DNA from: Eledone cirrhosa | Lineage: Eukaryota | DNA: 64,000 nucleotides | Reading direction: 5' to 3' | Assembly (NCBI GenBank): GCA_964016885.1 | Contig: OZ024742.1 | Span: 124,992,001 to 125,056,000, forward strand | Part shown: one piece after another, positions 53,702 to 64,000 of the stretch | Position numbering within the stretch: position 1 is the first letter of the stretch | Layout: the number at the start of each line of letters is the position of its first letter | Translations under genes and position numbers: made by a program | Notes under the pieces: model-generated | The model's input: only the letters and a program-made list of their open reading frames with translations | What the model was told of the DNA's origin: nothing | Databases searched by the model: none

Positions 53702-56392
53702 ATGCTAACAAAGAGTTACCTGCCTTTATCTCTGAAGAATATTCCCACCCCCTCTAAGAATACTTACGAAAAACTATTGATAGCTAGTGTTAACTCCTTT
53801 GTAAAAATGATTAGATGGTGTGCTTTCCACTATGATAATAATAAGAATAGGAAGGACCCCAGGAATAGAACTAATTTTAATAACTACGGCTTCAAAACTT
53901 ATAAGAGCCCACCACACAATATTCTGTTAGATAGTTTTGAAAGTGACTTACTCTCTCTTGTCAAAAATATTAGGTATAGGCCAAATAATAGACATAGAAA
54001 TTATAATAATTTTGATAAGTTCCAGTCTAGACTTAAACATATTGTTAAGGGTTTCGGTGAGAATAAGTCCATTCTTGTCCCGGCAGATAAGACTAAGAAT
54101 CTATACTCCATGGATTATAGTGCTTGCCGCGACTTTATTTATAAGGAGCTGCATAGAAACTATAAAAAAACTACGCTTGAGAATTTGAACCACATCAATA
54201 GTGAGGGCCTTAGAATTGTCTCTGACCTCGGCCTCGATAAGTATACCCAGCCATATTACCCTCGAGAACCGAGATTCACTCTTAAGGATCATAAGGTTGA
54301 TTTTATTAGTAACCCCTCAGTTAGACTCATCTGTCCTTCTAAGTCTGATATAGCCATTATCAGTAAAAAAATCCTTGACCTTATTATACCAGATGTTAGG
54401 GATAAGGTTAATTTTAACCTATGGGGGAACACTAAGGAAGTTATAGATTGGTTCTCCGGGATTAATAGACTTGAATCTAATAAGTTTATCCAATTCGATA
54501 TTGATGCCTACTACACATCAATTTCACCCATCCTCCTCAATAAAGCTTTAATGTTGGCCATGAGAGTGTCCAGCCTTACACGATCACAGGTAGATATTAT
54601 ACTAGCAGCCCGTAAAACTATTATTAAATTTGAGGACACATTTTGGACCCGTAAAAACACTCCCAATAATTTCGACGTTACAATGGGTTCGAGTGATTCG
54701 GCCCAGGTTACTGATCTTGTTGGGTTGTTCCTCCTTAATGAACTATATGCTACCTTCCCGCACCTTATAGGCGGACTATATCGTGATGATGCATTGTTTG
54801 TAATTAACTCTAGCACCAACAATGTAGAACATAATAAGAAGAAGCTTTATAAGTTTTTTAAAAGCTATAACCTTTCGATCACGATAGATAGAAATGATAG
54901 AGCGGTTAACTTTTTAGATGTGACTTTGGACTTGGTCACTAATAGTTTTAAACCCTTCCATAAGCCTAACGAAATACTTTCTTATGTTAGTCCCAATTCT
55001 AACCACCCCAAGTCTATGATAAGCTCTATAATTAACGGTGTATCTAATAGGATTTCCACACTATCTAAGGACGTAGGAACATTCAATGAACATGCGGAGT
55101 ACTATAATAATGCCCTAGCAAATTCAGGTTACTCTAGTAAAATGCACTATAATAATAGTAACCTTAGAAAATCTCCGTCTACTTTTAATAATAGTAACAT
55201 AATATCACATAACATGGCCATGAATGGGAGTAGCAAACATAGTAACCGTAAAAATTATATAGGTGTATCTGAACCCATCCATAAGTTAACCCACCGGACT
55301 CGTAATAGTGAGTATAATACCTCTAGGAAACAAGTTGAACCCCCTGAGCGCTCACACATTGGTGATAATTTTGCTGGATCTTATTCTACTAATAATGTTG
55401 CTCCTACTGATCCTATCATTGGCCCTAATCCTTATGATGGGATTCCGGACAGCAGCGGATCTACTGGAGGTAGAAACTGTAATAGACTTAACGAAATTTT
55501 GGCTGATTCTATGAAGGCGGCTTTAACTAATCCTTGTAGTAACCTTAGTCTCGATGGTGGGATATTTGATAATGGTAGAGTCGGTAAGAATAAAAATAGA
55601 AGGCGATTAAATACTTATTTTAACCCGCCATATAATCAGGAAATATCAACTATTATCCCTAGGTCTTTCTTCTCTATCTTAGAGAAATATTTCCCCCTTT
55701 CTCATAAATACCATAGTATTTTTAATAAAAATATTATTAAACTTTCATTCTCTACCACCCCTAATATTAATTCTCATTTAGCTAGCACTAACAATAGGAA
55801 AATTAGGGATGGATTCTCCTCTCTACATACTACTAGTCTGAACAGATCTGGCAATGCATTACCACCAGAACAGTCCTTATCTAATAGCAATCCTACGTGT
55901 AATGCATCACCACTCGAGCCAACCAATAACACCCGGAAGTGCAATTGTAGAGTGAGTGCTAACTGCCCTTTAAACGGTAACTGCCTTTCTAAGAACATTG
56001 TCTATGCTTGCGAAGTTATAACTACTTCCTCTAATAGAACTTATATAGGCTCTACATCTAACACTTTTAAGACTAGGTTTAACTCTCATATCTCTAATTT
56101 CAAGCATGTTAAGTTTAAGAATTCTACTTCTTTAGCACATTATATCTGGGATCTTAAGGGAGCTAATATACCACATAGCCTTAACTGGCGTTTAGTAGCA
56201 CGCTCTAACCACCTTTCTACACATACTAAGTTTTGTAATCTCTGTATCCTCGAGACACACTCTATAATCTTCTCTAGCGCATCCTTACTTAATAGAAAGT
56301 CTGAGATATTCTCTTCTTGCCCCCACGCTATTTCTAATTCATACTTTTATAATAAACCTAAACGTTCTAGTAGTACAAATTGTACCCATTAG
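53702..56392 (+). CDS. Penelope-like retroelement protein (RT + C-terminal GIY-YIG endonuclease), uninterrupted, ~896 aa from the first ATG
   Basis: LSLKNIPTPS, PADKTKNLY, TLKDHK..VRLICP, FDIDAYYTSI, DVTMGS, LYRDD, VNFLDVTLDL, YV..SNHP, FNPPY, CNCR..CPLNGNCL..IVY..YIGST..FKTRFNSH, CNLC..E..LN..CPH. Confidence 0.93.
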   Translation: MLTKSYLPLSLKNIPTPSKNTYEKLLIASVNSFVKMIRWCAFHYDNNKNRKDPRNRTNFNNYGFKTYKSPPHNILLDSFESDLLSLVKNIRYRPNNRHRNYNNFDKFQSRLKHIVKGFGENKSILVPADKTKNLYSMDYSACRDFIYKELHRNYKKTTLENLNHINSEGLRIVSDLGLDKYTQPYYPREPRFTLKDHKVDFISNPSVRLICPSKSDIAIISKKILDLIIPDVRDKVNFNLWGNTKEVIDWFSGINRLESNKFIQFDIDAYYTSISPILLNKALMLAMRVSSLTRSQVDIILAARKTIIKFEDTFWTRKNTPNNFDVTMGSSDSAQVTDLVGLFLLNELYATFPHLIGGLYRDDALFVINSSTNNVEHNKKKLYKFFKSYNLSITIDRNDRAVNFLDVTLDLVTNSFKPFHKPNEILSYVSPNSNHPKSMISSIINGVSNRISTLSKDVGTFNEHAEYYNNALANSGYSSKMHYNNSNLRKSPSTFNNSNIISHNMAMNGSSKHSNRKNYIGVSEPIHKLTHRTRNSEYNTSRKQVEPPERSHIGDNFAGSYSTNNVAPTDPIIGPNPYDGIPDSSGSTGGRNCNRLNEILADSMKAALTNPCSNLSLDGGIFDNGRVGKNKNRRRLNTYFNPPYNQEISTIIPRSFFSILEKYFPLSHKYHSIFNKNIIKLSFSTTPNINSHLASTNNRKIRDGFSSLHTTSLNRSGNALPPEQSLSNSNPTCNASPLEPTNNTRKCNCRVSANCPLNGNCLSKNIVYACEVITTSSNRTYIGSTSNTFKTRFNSHISNFKHVKFKNSTSLAHYIWDLKGANIPHSLNWRLVARSNHLSTHTKFCNLCILETHSIIFSSASLLNRKSEIFSSCPHAISNSYFYNKPKRSSSTNCTH

Positions 56393-57076
56393 CTGATATA
56401 TTCCATTATTTATTTTTTAGTTTAGGTTCTTTTGTTTGCCAACATTATTATTATCATAATTGGTTTTTTATGACTCTTTATTCTAGCTCTCATAATCTTT
56501 TGGCTACTGTACCATATCTATCTTCTTACGCATTAAATTTTCACTATTACACCTTATGAATGTATATAAGACGACTATATATTTTACGCTATTTATTTTA
56601 TTTTATTCTTATTTTTATTTTTATTTTTATTTTTATTCTGATTCTTCTTTGGACCCCCCCCTCCCCCATGCGCACATAAACTTATTATCAACCCCTCCAA
56701 CTTGACTATGATTATATTTACCCCCCCCCACACTCTTTTACGCTCCTTTCTATTATGTAATATAGTATATCGACTATTTTTTATGCCCCTTTGCATCCTC
56801 CATATATTTCTTCATTTCTGTCCCTATTAGCCTACCTTAATTCTGCTTAAGTCATTTTTTTAGATATCGTTATGTATATGATAGTAAAAAATTTTCATTC
56901 CTTTTTGTAAACATTTGTAACGAAATATTAACATTTATAAAATTTAATGACTTAAACTATAGCTAATATTATACTGCCTTATTGGATAGTTTAAATATTT
57001 TTAATATTAATTTATCAAATAGGGTTTTTGAGTCATTTACAGGGGTTGTTTCCTTAGTTTTTACTTAACTACATGT

Positions 57077-57268
57077 GAGACCTATACGTTTGTTTTTGTT
57101 TTTTAATTTCCAGTTTTCGCAACAAAATGGAACCCAAATGGAGACCGTATACGTTTGTTTTTGTTTTTTAATTTCCAGTTTTCGCAACAAAATGGAACCC
57201 AAATGGAGACCGTATACGTTTGTTTTTGTTTTTTAATTTCCAGTTTTCGCAACAAAATGGAACCCAAG
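57077..57268 (+). repeat. ~65 bp minisatellite x3 downstream of the PLE ORF
   Basis: GAGACC(G)TATACGTTTGTTTTTG..AATTTCCAGTTTTCGCAACAAAATGGAACCCAA repeated three times. Confidence 0.9.
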
Positions 57269-58035
57269 CTGTTGGTGCGATAGAGTATTTAATAGCATAC
57301 ACAAATCTCTAAACATCTTCGCTAAATGCAAACTGGTTTAGAACAACATTCGATCTCTAACACCTATGATTTACTCATCCTATCTTGTACATTGATCCTC
57401 TGGCATTTGAACTTCTCAACGCATCCAAAGAATTTAGTTGCTTTCAAAACATTCTTAATTCCTTCACCTACCCTATTCTTAACGCTCACTCATACTTTAT
57501 CTAACCTTCTTTCCCTTCTTTGCATTGACCATATATGGAAAAAAATAAAATACCACCCATATCAATGGTCAAAGGAAAAAATGTTCCCCATCACAGCACA
57601 TAGAATGATAGTGTGCAATTCTTTACCCCCATCCCCTCTCTGGCTAACCTTCTCTACTTATCACAGTAACAGAATGTATTGTATCTTTTTTTTTAAATGT
57701 ATATAATATTTTTAAATCGAATATATCATTTTTGAATTCTACGACATGCTGGAAAGACGCTACCACAAACAATTTCAAGCTTTCTGAAGATGTGTAATAA
57801 TTATGTACTGCATATGATTGAGCAATATATATATATATTGTAGTCAGTATAAATAGACTATTATATTAGACAAAGAAACATGTAAGCGCCAATAAATTCT
57901 TTCTCTCTTTTCTCACTGATGTCCACGTTTTTCTTGGTGCAAGATCACTAATCAAAGTAGTACTCAATGCATAACGGAAGGCAGAGATGGTATATTGAGG
58001 AAGAACTTGCAGGAATTCGCTATCGTATGCTTCTT

Positions 58036-58107
<72 letters not shown>

Positions 58108-58444
58108 GGTGTGTATGTGTGTGTGTGTGTGTGTTTGTGTGTATGTCTGTATAGGAAGAAAGTATTCCACGGTGAACTCATGCATATATATATATAAATC
58201 ACAGTTGTACCAAACATATTATGACCTATCCCCTCTCGATCTCTCTTATCTGGTATCACCTACCCCCTTTTCTCCCCCCTCTCTCTCTCTCTCTCTGTCT
58301 CTCTCATATTCCACCACCTCTTAATTGCTCAGATACAAACCTGACTCTTCTCTGTGTACTTGTTGATTGGCTTCATTTAAATAGATATTGAAAATATGAT
58401 TCCGAATATTAAACATTAAACGTTATTATTAGATTTTTGTTGTA

Positions 58445-58650
58445 CGGCAGATTGGAGGTATTGTTACGGTATTGGACAACATTCTTTTCAACATAGAGTT
58501 ACAACACTAAGTTCTGAGTTCATATCCCTCCGACGTTCGCTTTACTTTTCATTCTTACGTGGTCGATAAAAAACTGACACTATTTAATAGGCTTTCCCCT
58601 CATACTAACATCGATAACCCTGTGCCTAAAACAGAATTCATTATTAGATT
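58445..58650 (+). mobile_element. Old, diverged SINE copy
   Basis: GAGTTCATATCCC..TTTCATTCTTACGTGGTCGATAAAA..TGTGCCTAAA. Confidence 0.6.
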
Positions 58651-59316
58651 CTGGTAAACTATTTAACGTTTCATCCAATTTCAGTTTCCGGTTAGAGTTT
58701 GGAAACACACAAAATTATCTTCATTAAACTCTACGAAATAAGCTCATCTTTCAGTAGGTATAATTGATTAAAACCCTTAAACGTATCACCCACAGTGTGT
58801 TCCTCATCCGAGGACTAAAATCAGCAAATGAAGCATATTGAAAGTGTAATCAAAATAGATGGTATTAAATAGAATGTTAATATTGTTATTGTTTATTATT
58901 GTAGTAGTACTAAAATTGTTCTATATTTCGTTCTTATATCGTTTCTGTTTAGAGAAGTATCTCCTTAATACTCCAACCAGTTATTGGACGAGACAACTAA
59001 TCATAAGTTAGTCGATATATATTTCCTAGCTTATAAATATAATTCCTCTATTTTCTTTACTAACATTTGTATTTCGAAATCTCTTGCTAGCTGTCCGTTC
59101 ATGTGTTCATTATTATATATTCATGACAACTGACACATTAAATTAAATCATTGACATTACTGTGTATGTAATTTCTACGCTTTAATATAAGTGCAAATGT
59201 ATACGTGCAATTGCTTCGCTAACATTTCATAGGCAGTTATCTCTATAGTACAGAATACATTATGTCCGCTCACTCTTGAGGGCTACTGGTAACATGTAAA
59301 CCAGTACAACATGTCG

Positions 59317-60235
59317 CATGGTCGGGTCGTCGGCGACTAAAATGGCAACCCCACCAAGTTTACCTGGTGAGGAGGGTGATTTTGGACACCCTGCAGGACA
59401 AAAAACAAAACCTGACAAAGGGCGGAAGAACTCATAAGAGTCAACGGCCATCGCAAAATGTGTAAATACACATGTACATATGTATGTGAATGTATATGCG
59501 TGTGTTTATGCCTGGGGTGTCAGAGAGGGGCATGTATCTCTGTAGGGAGGGATAGCCAAGCTCTTTTCAGAACAGCTTGTCCTGCATTGCGTCCTACCTG
59601 ATCTCAGCTCTCACCTGTGGTCCCAAGAAGCTGTAGCGTGCGACAGCAGCCACACCCCTGTAAACCGCCTTGGCTGGCGGGCCGAACCAGGTTGAGGGTA
59701 GCTGGACGGGTCTGAAACCGCCCGGTGAGTTAGATAGGGGGTGCCTACCCCTGCATGCGAAGACTGGACACGTCGGAGAGAGTGGAGGAGGACAACATCG
59801 TCGCAACGGTCACAAAGGTGGCGACAGCAAGCGGTGTGGAGCGCTAGGGCAAGGCACGGCACTACAGACGTCGTCGCACTCCACTGCAGCCAAGGAAGTC
59901 CCTGGTCGTGACGGTCCTCCGTACCACCGGATTCTGGCTTCTGCGGCCGAGTGAGTGGGACCGTCACTGTGCACTGGCCCTCCCACTATAAACCTTTCCA
60001 AACAGGTTTCTTCTTTAGCGTGCACTCCCAAAGCTCTTCGGCGATGGGCGAGATGGGGAGGTAACTTCTGGGAGTTGCGGGTCTAACTCCGGTCTCTTGC
60101 CTTGCCTCCACTGTCCCCGGACCTGCAAGTCAAGGATCGGCCTCCACAGCCACCTTCGTGCCCACGGCAGACGGGAACAACATCAAAGAAGATGTCATCA
60201 TCGTTTACGATGGACAACCAAGAAGACAGAAGACA
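59317..60235 (+). mobile_element. Non-autonomous, internally deleted RTE element (5' leader fused to 3' end)
   Basis: GC-rich leader joined directly to the terminal C2H2 finger CLHCPRTCKSRIGLHSHLRAH and RTE-type tail CATCATCGTTTACGATGGACAACC-(AAGAAGAC); no APE or RT between them. Confidence 0.7.
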
Positions 60236-62129
60236 TTCATGGTGCAATAGTGAAAAGAGGAGAAGTAACACAACCTATGGGCAGGTTCATCATTTCCAGT
60301 AAAACCTTCCATCCAACCGACCCCTTTTAAAGCTGTTTTTTCTTACTTAATTATTTCACGACTAAGTGCCTATATGTTGTTGCCTAATCTGCTAGAAATA
60401 GCAGCCAATTGCCTCTTAATTCAAAACCTATTATTTCAAAAGGATGAAACGTCTTTGTTTATGGTTGTGCTCAGTGAAAATTAATAAAGAGGAGTTCAAA
60501 AAACAATACTAGCTTTTTTAAAATTATATCTCCATCTGATTCATGTAGACACAGGTCATCACTAGGCAACGCATACTTAAAGCAAACTATATTCTACAGG
60601 AAAGTTTATATAAATATTCGATAAGCCCAACCGCTTTAAGGTATACTGAATCTAACAATTGTGTCTCTGTGAGAATAATTATATTTATGTTATATCGGCT
60701 CAGTTCTCTTGCAACAAATACGAGTTGCAGTCGTATATAATTTCTTTAGAGCCAACAACATCCACAGCTTCCAACAAAATATGTATATTCTCGCAAGGCG
60801 TTTGTAATGTTACCTTTGTTTTAGGAGCTCAGAATGAAAGTTGTTACCAAGTTCAGAATTTGAAACTATACCACATATCTTTAGCTGAAATGTAGCTAAT
60901 ATTTACATGATGAAAACAGCTGTTTCTCCCGAAGTATTTTTAATTTCTGTTATTGGCAACCTTCGGAGAAATTAAGTAAAAACAAAAATCTTCCTATATA
61001 TTCCATTTTATATTCTATGATATACTGCATTATATATTTCGATTGGTATTTTGTTAAATATTTCAATATGTGAAATATTTCAATTTTTTCAGTTATATTG
61101 TATTGCATATATCATTAAATATGGAATGATATATGCAAAAATATATTTCATTATATATTTCAATACATTTTTCATTCACCATTTCATTATGAATTTTATT
61201 AATAAATTTCAATGAATATTTCATTATACAATCCAATATATATTTCATTATATAGTCCGTATATTTCGTTATATAGCCCATTAAAGTGAACACGTTTGAC
61301 TTTATCACCAAAAAAGCTTTTACAAAATTTCAAAGACATTTACTTACGTATAATAGATGAATGCATCATTATAAACTACAAACACTACCCATAGATATAG
61401 TCAATCCCATTGAAACCATCCGATATGCAGAGTCAAATAAAACTGTGAATTGGATATTTAAGCTATGTTTATGTCTTTCGATTTATCAAATACACTTTTA
61501 CAGAACGAAATGGACCTCTGTCGATATGGCCGTTGAGTTTACTCTTGCTGGATGAACAGAATAGGCTGAACCTGAAGTTAACAGGTAACTGGCATAGCTT
61601 CATAGATAAACATGACTATAAACATAATGCTCCTGGATATTAAACATGTCACAGCATATGTGACAAGTTTCGCCATTTGAATTACAGTCAGGGTTAATCG
61701 GACGAGGTACCAAGCTGTTCACCATTACCAAATCACATTTACAATCCAACACTTGCGGAGGATGGAAGGCAGTGGGATCGAATCAAGAAACTAGTGATTG
61801 CAATATAAACTTCTTAGCCATTCAGCCATGATGGGTTCAGACACGCACCTACTTATACAAAGACACATACATATATACCTACATGCATATAAAGCCTACT
61901 CGCTCACGATCTCTCTCACACACACACATATATACGCACACATATACACACACACATATATACACACACACACACAAATGCACACACACACACATACATA
62001 CACATACACACACGGTCCTGTAGAAGCTTTTTCTATATTAAACATTTATACTCTGCACTGTGTTGAGTACCTTTCTTACTGTGGTTACCACCGATTGAAC
62101 CCGGGATAACTTATCTTATATATATATAA

Positions 62130-62290
62130 AAATTGTTTCTACATTTGGCACAAGGCCAGCAATTACCCCAGTGCATTTGTGCTGCTTTATTTTATCGACC
62201 TGTAAAGATGAAAGGCAAAGTACACCTCGGCGGGATTTGAACTCAGACCGTAAATGGCCATAACTCTATGCCGAAACGTATGACCGGCCG
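62130..62290 (-). mobile_element. tRNA-derived SINE
   Basis: Reverse-complement copy of the SINE family. Confidence 0.8.
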
Positions 62291-62694
62291 TCGAAGAAAC
62301 AACATCCCCCCCCCACCCACTCACCCACCCACCCACCCCCTGTATGATGGAATAGAAATCTTTTTCGAGGAAAGTATTGGATTTTTCCAAATTTAAAGTT
62401 TTCTTAGTAACTTCCAATGTTTATTTAAGATTTTGCCGTCTGAAGAGCTCAAGCTATTATAACTGATAGTCCCCAGTGAAATATGTATAAGGGAGTGTTA
62501 AATAAACAGGAATCAACTGAATATGGCCTCCGATCTTTTATTAATATATAATGTTCCGACTAGCACCATTTATACAGGCCGTTAAGCGCTTCTTTTTACT
62601 TGCTTCACAACCGACAGACCATAATGAGGTCCGCACATCTCTGTTCAGTTAACCCGATGCTCTAATCAAATATATATATATATATATATATATA

Positions 62695-64000
62695 GGTTTG
62701 TTGGTTCACCACTGGATAGAACTGGTCATTCTCTATAGTCAACATTGATGTAATATTAGGGAGAGCACTCGACGTAATGCAACTCACCCGTCTTCGTTTG
62801 TGCAGTTGGTGGTGCGAGTAAGAGTTAATTATTATGAAATAACAGGAGGCTGGACTGGTGTAATTCCTTAAAGGTTTATTATACTGTGAACATTTCAATG
62901 ACCGGGTTCAGTATGAATCCGTTGAGCTCATCAGGTATTCGAAATTTAACAGAGGAATATAATAGACACAATCCATGGGGCTGAAAAGGCAGAGAGACAA
63001 GAAAGCGGCCAAACATTTAGCAATTTCTAGTCCGGCCGGCCGCCTTCAAGTGAGGACTACTAAGTCTTCTTATGTCTTTCTGGTGAAGTGGCGTAAGTTT
63101 ATAGTGTACTACTACCACCCCGGCATGGACAGAGGCTAGCGGTGGGATCAGGTCAGAAGTGCTAAACAGTTGCAAGAAATATATTTTTTCAAAAACCATT
63201 TATCTTTAACAAAGCTATATATAGTGGGCACCTGTACAGTATATTTTTCATTGTAGGGTCAGAAATTACGGCTAACGATTAGAAAAGTAAAATTTTTGTT
63301 TAGAATTAAAAAATGTCATTTAAGATGAGATTAGAAAAGTAAGATTTAGGTTTAAAGTTGGGAGATTTATTTAAAGAATTTACAGAAGGAGGCGTTTATG
63401 AAATGGTTAAGTGTATTATTGATAGTCACGATAAAGTTTCAGGGTAGAATATAAAGTTAAGATTAAGATTAAAAAGTAAGATTAAGCCCATGTTTGGCGG
63501 TCAGTAACCAGCGACGTAGCGGACTCCCAGCCCACTCAGGGCCCAATGGCGTGTCAACCGTTCCAGTATTTTCGTCTACCGAAAGAAAGGGAAATTTATT
63601 TTTCCGAGCACTACACGAGTGTTAACTGTCTCAAGCGCCGGGGGTGCTAGTGGGAAGCCCGCCACCGTCTGATGATCATCTTGTATACCAAACGATTATT
63701 ATTTATTCACACTGTTGGGGGATTTAGCTAAAGGGCTAGTAGAAGGAGGCATGATAAATTTTAAAGTTATGATTAAGCTTAGAATTTGAAAGTAGTGTTT
63801 GGCGGTCAATAACCGTTGGCACGGCGGATTCCAAGCCCGCCCAGAACCCAAGGGCGTAACAACCGTTCCGAGTATTTTCGTTTACCGAAGGAAGGGGAAA
63901 TTTATTTGTCCAAGCAATCTAGGAAGGCTGGTCGACCCAAGCGCCTGGCGTGCAATCAGGAAAGCCGCCATATCAGTCGGATCATCGCGTGTACCAAACG
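62695..64000 (-). mobile_element. Second member of the 18326-19852 family; degenerate hammerhead at 62881-62938 and a ~305 bp internal tandem duplication
   Basis: Shares GGTTCACCACTGGA.AG.CTGGTC, CAGGAGGCTGGA..CATTTCAATGACCGGGTTC..TCATCAGGTATTCGAAAT and TACCGAA.GAAGGGGAAATTTAT; the last motif occurs twice (~63577, ~63883). Confidence 0.7.

Noticed and set aside
61000-61290. AT-rich ATATTTCATTAT-like periodic stretch
   Set aside because: Degenerate low-complexity minisatellite with no further structure.

Overview
AT-rich, microsatellite-dense eukaryotic DNA. The recurrent tRNA-derived SINE and (TA)n/(CA)n load suggest an octopod cephalopod (inference from recall, not searched). No host protein-coding gene is supported; the window is almost entirely nested mobile elements. 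These include a decayed R4/Dong-like LINE, a 5'-truncated CRE-like LINE, CR1-like and RTE fragments, about 8 SINEs, and two Helitrons (one full-length at 40011-47083, one with a spliceosomal intron). There is also one Penelope-like element (PLE) with an uninterrupted RT + GIY-YIG ORF. The main unexplained signal is RNA structure: a tandem array of ~430-450 bp units (28682-32352) in which each of the 8 complete monomers carries a minimal type I hammerhead ribozyme (retrozyme-like). Dispersed copies show compensatory base changes in the ribozyme, and several unrelated hammerhead motifs occur in PLE-type repeats. Many of these elements show fold-back inversions, consistent with mobilisation of ribozyme RNAs by PLE reverse transcriptase (inference).
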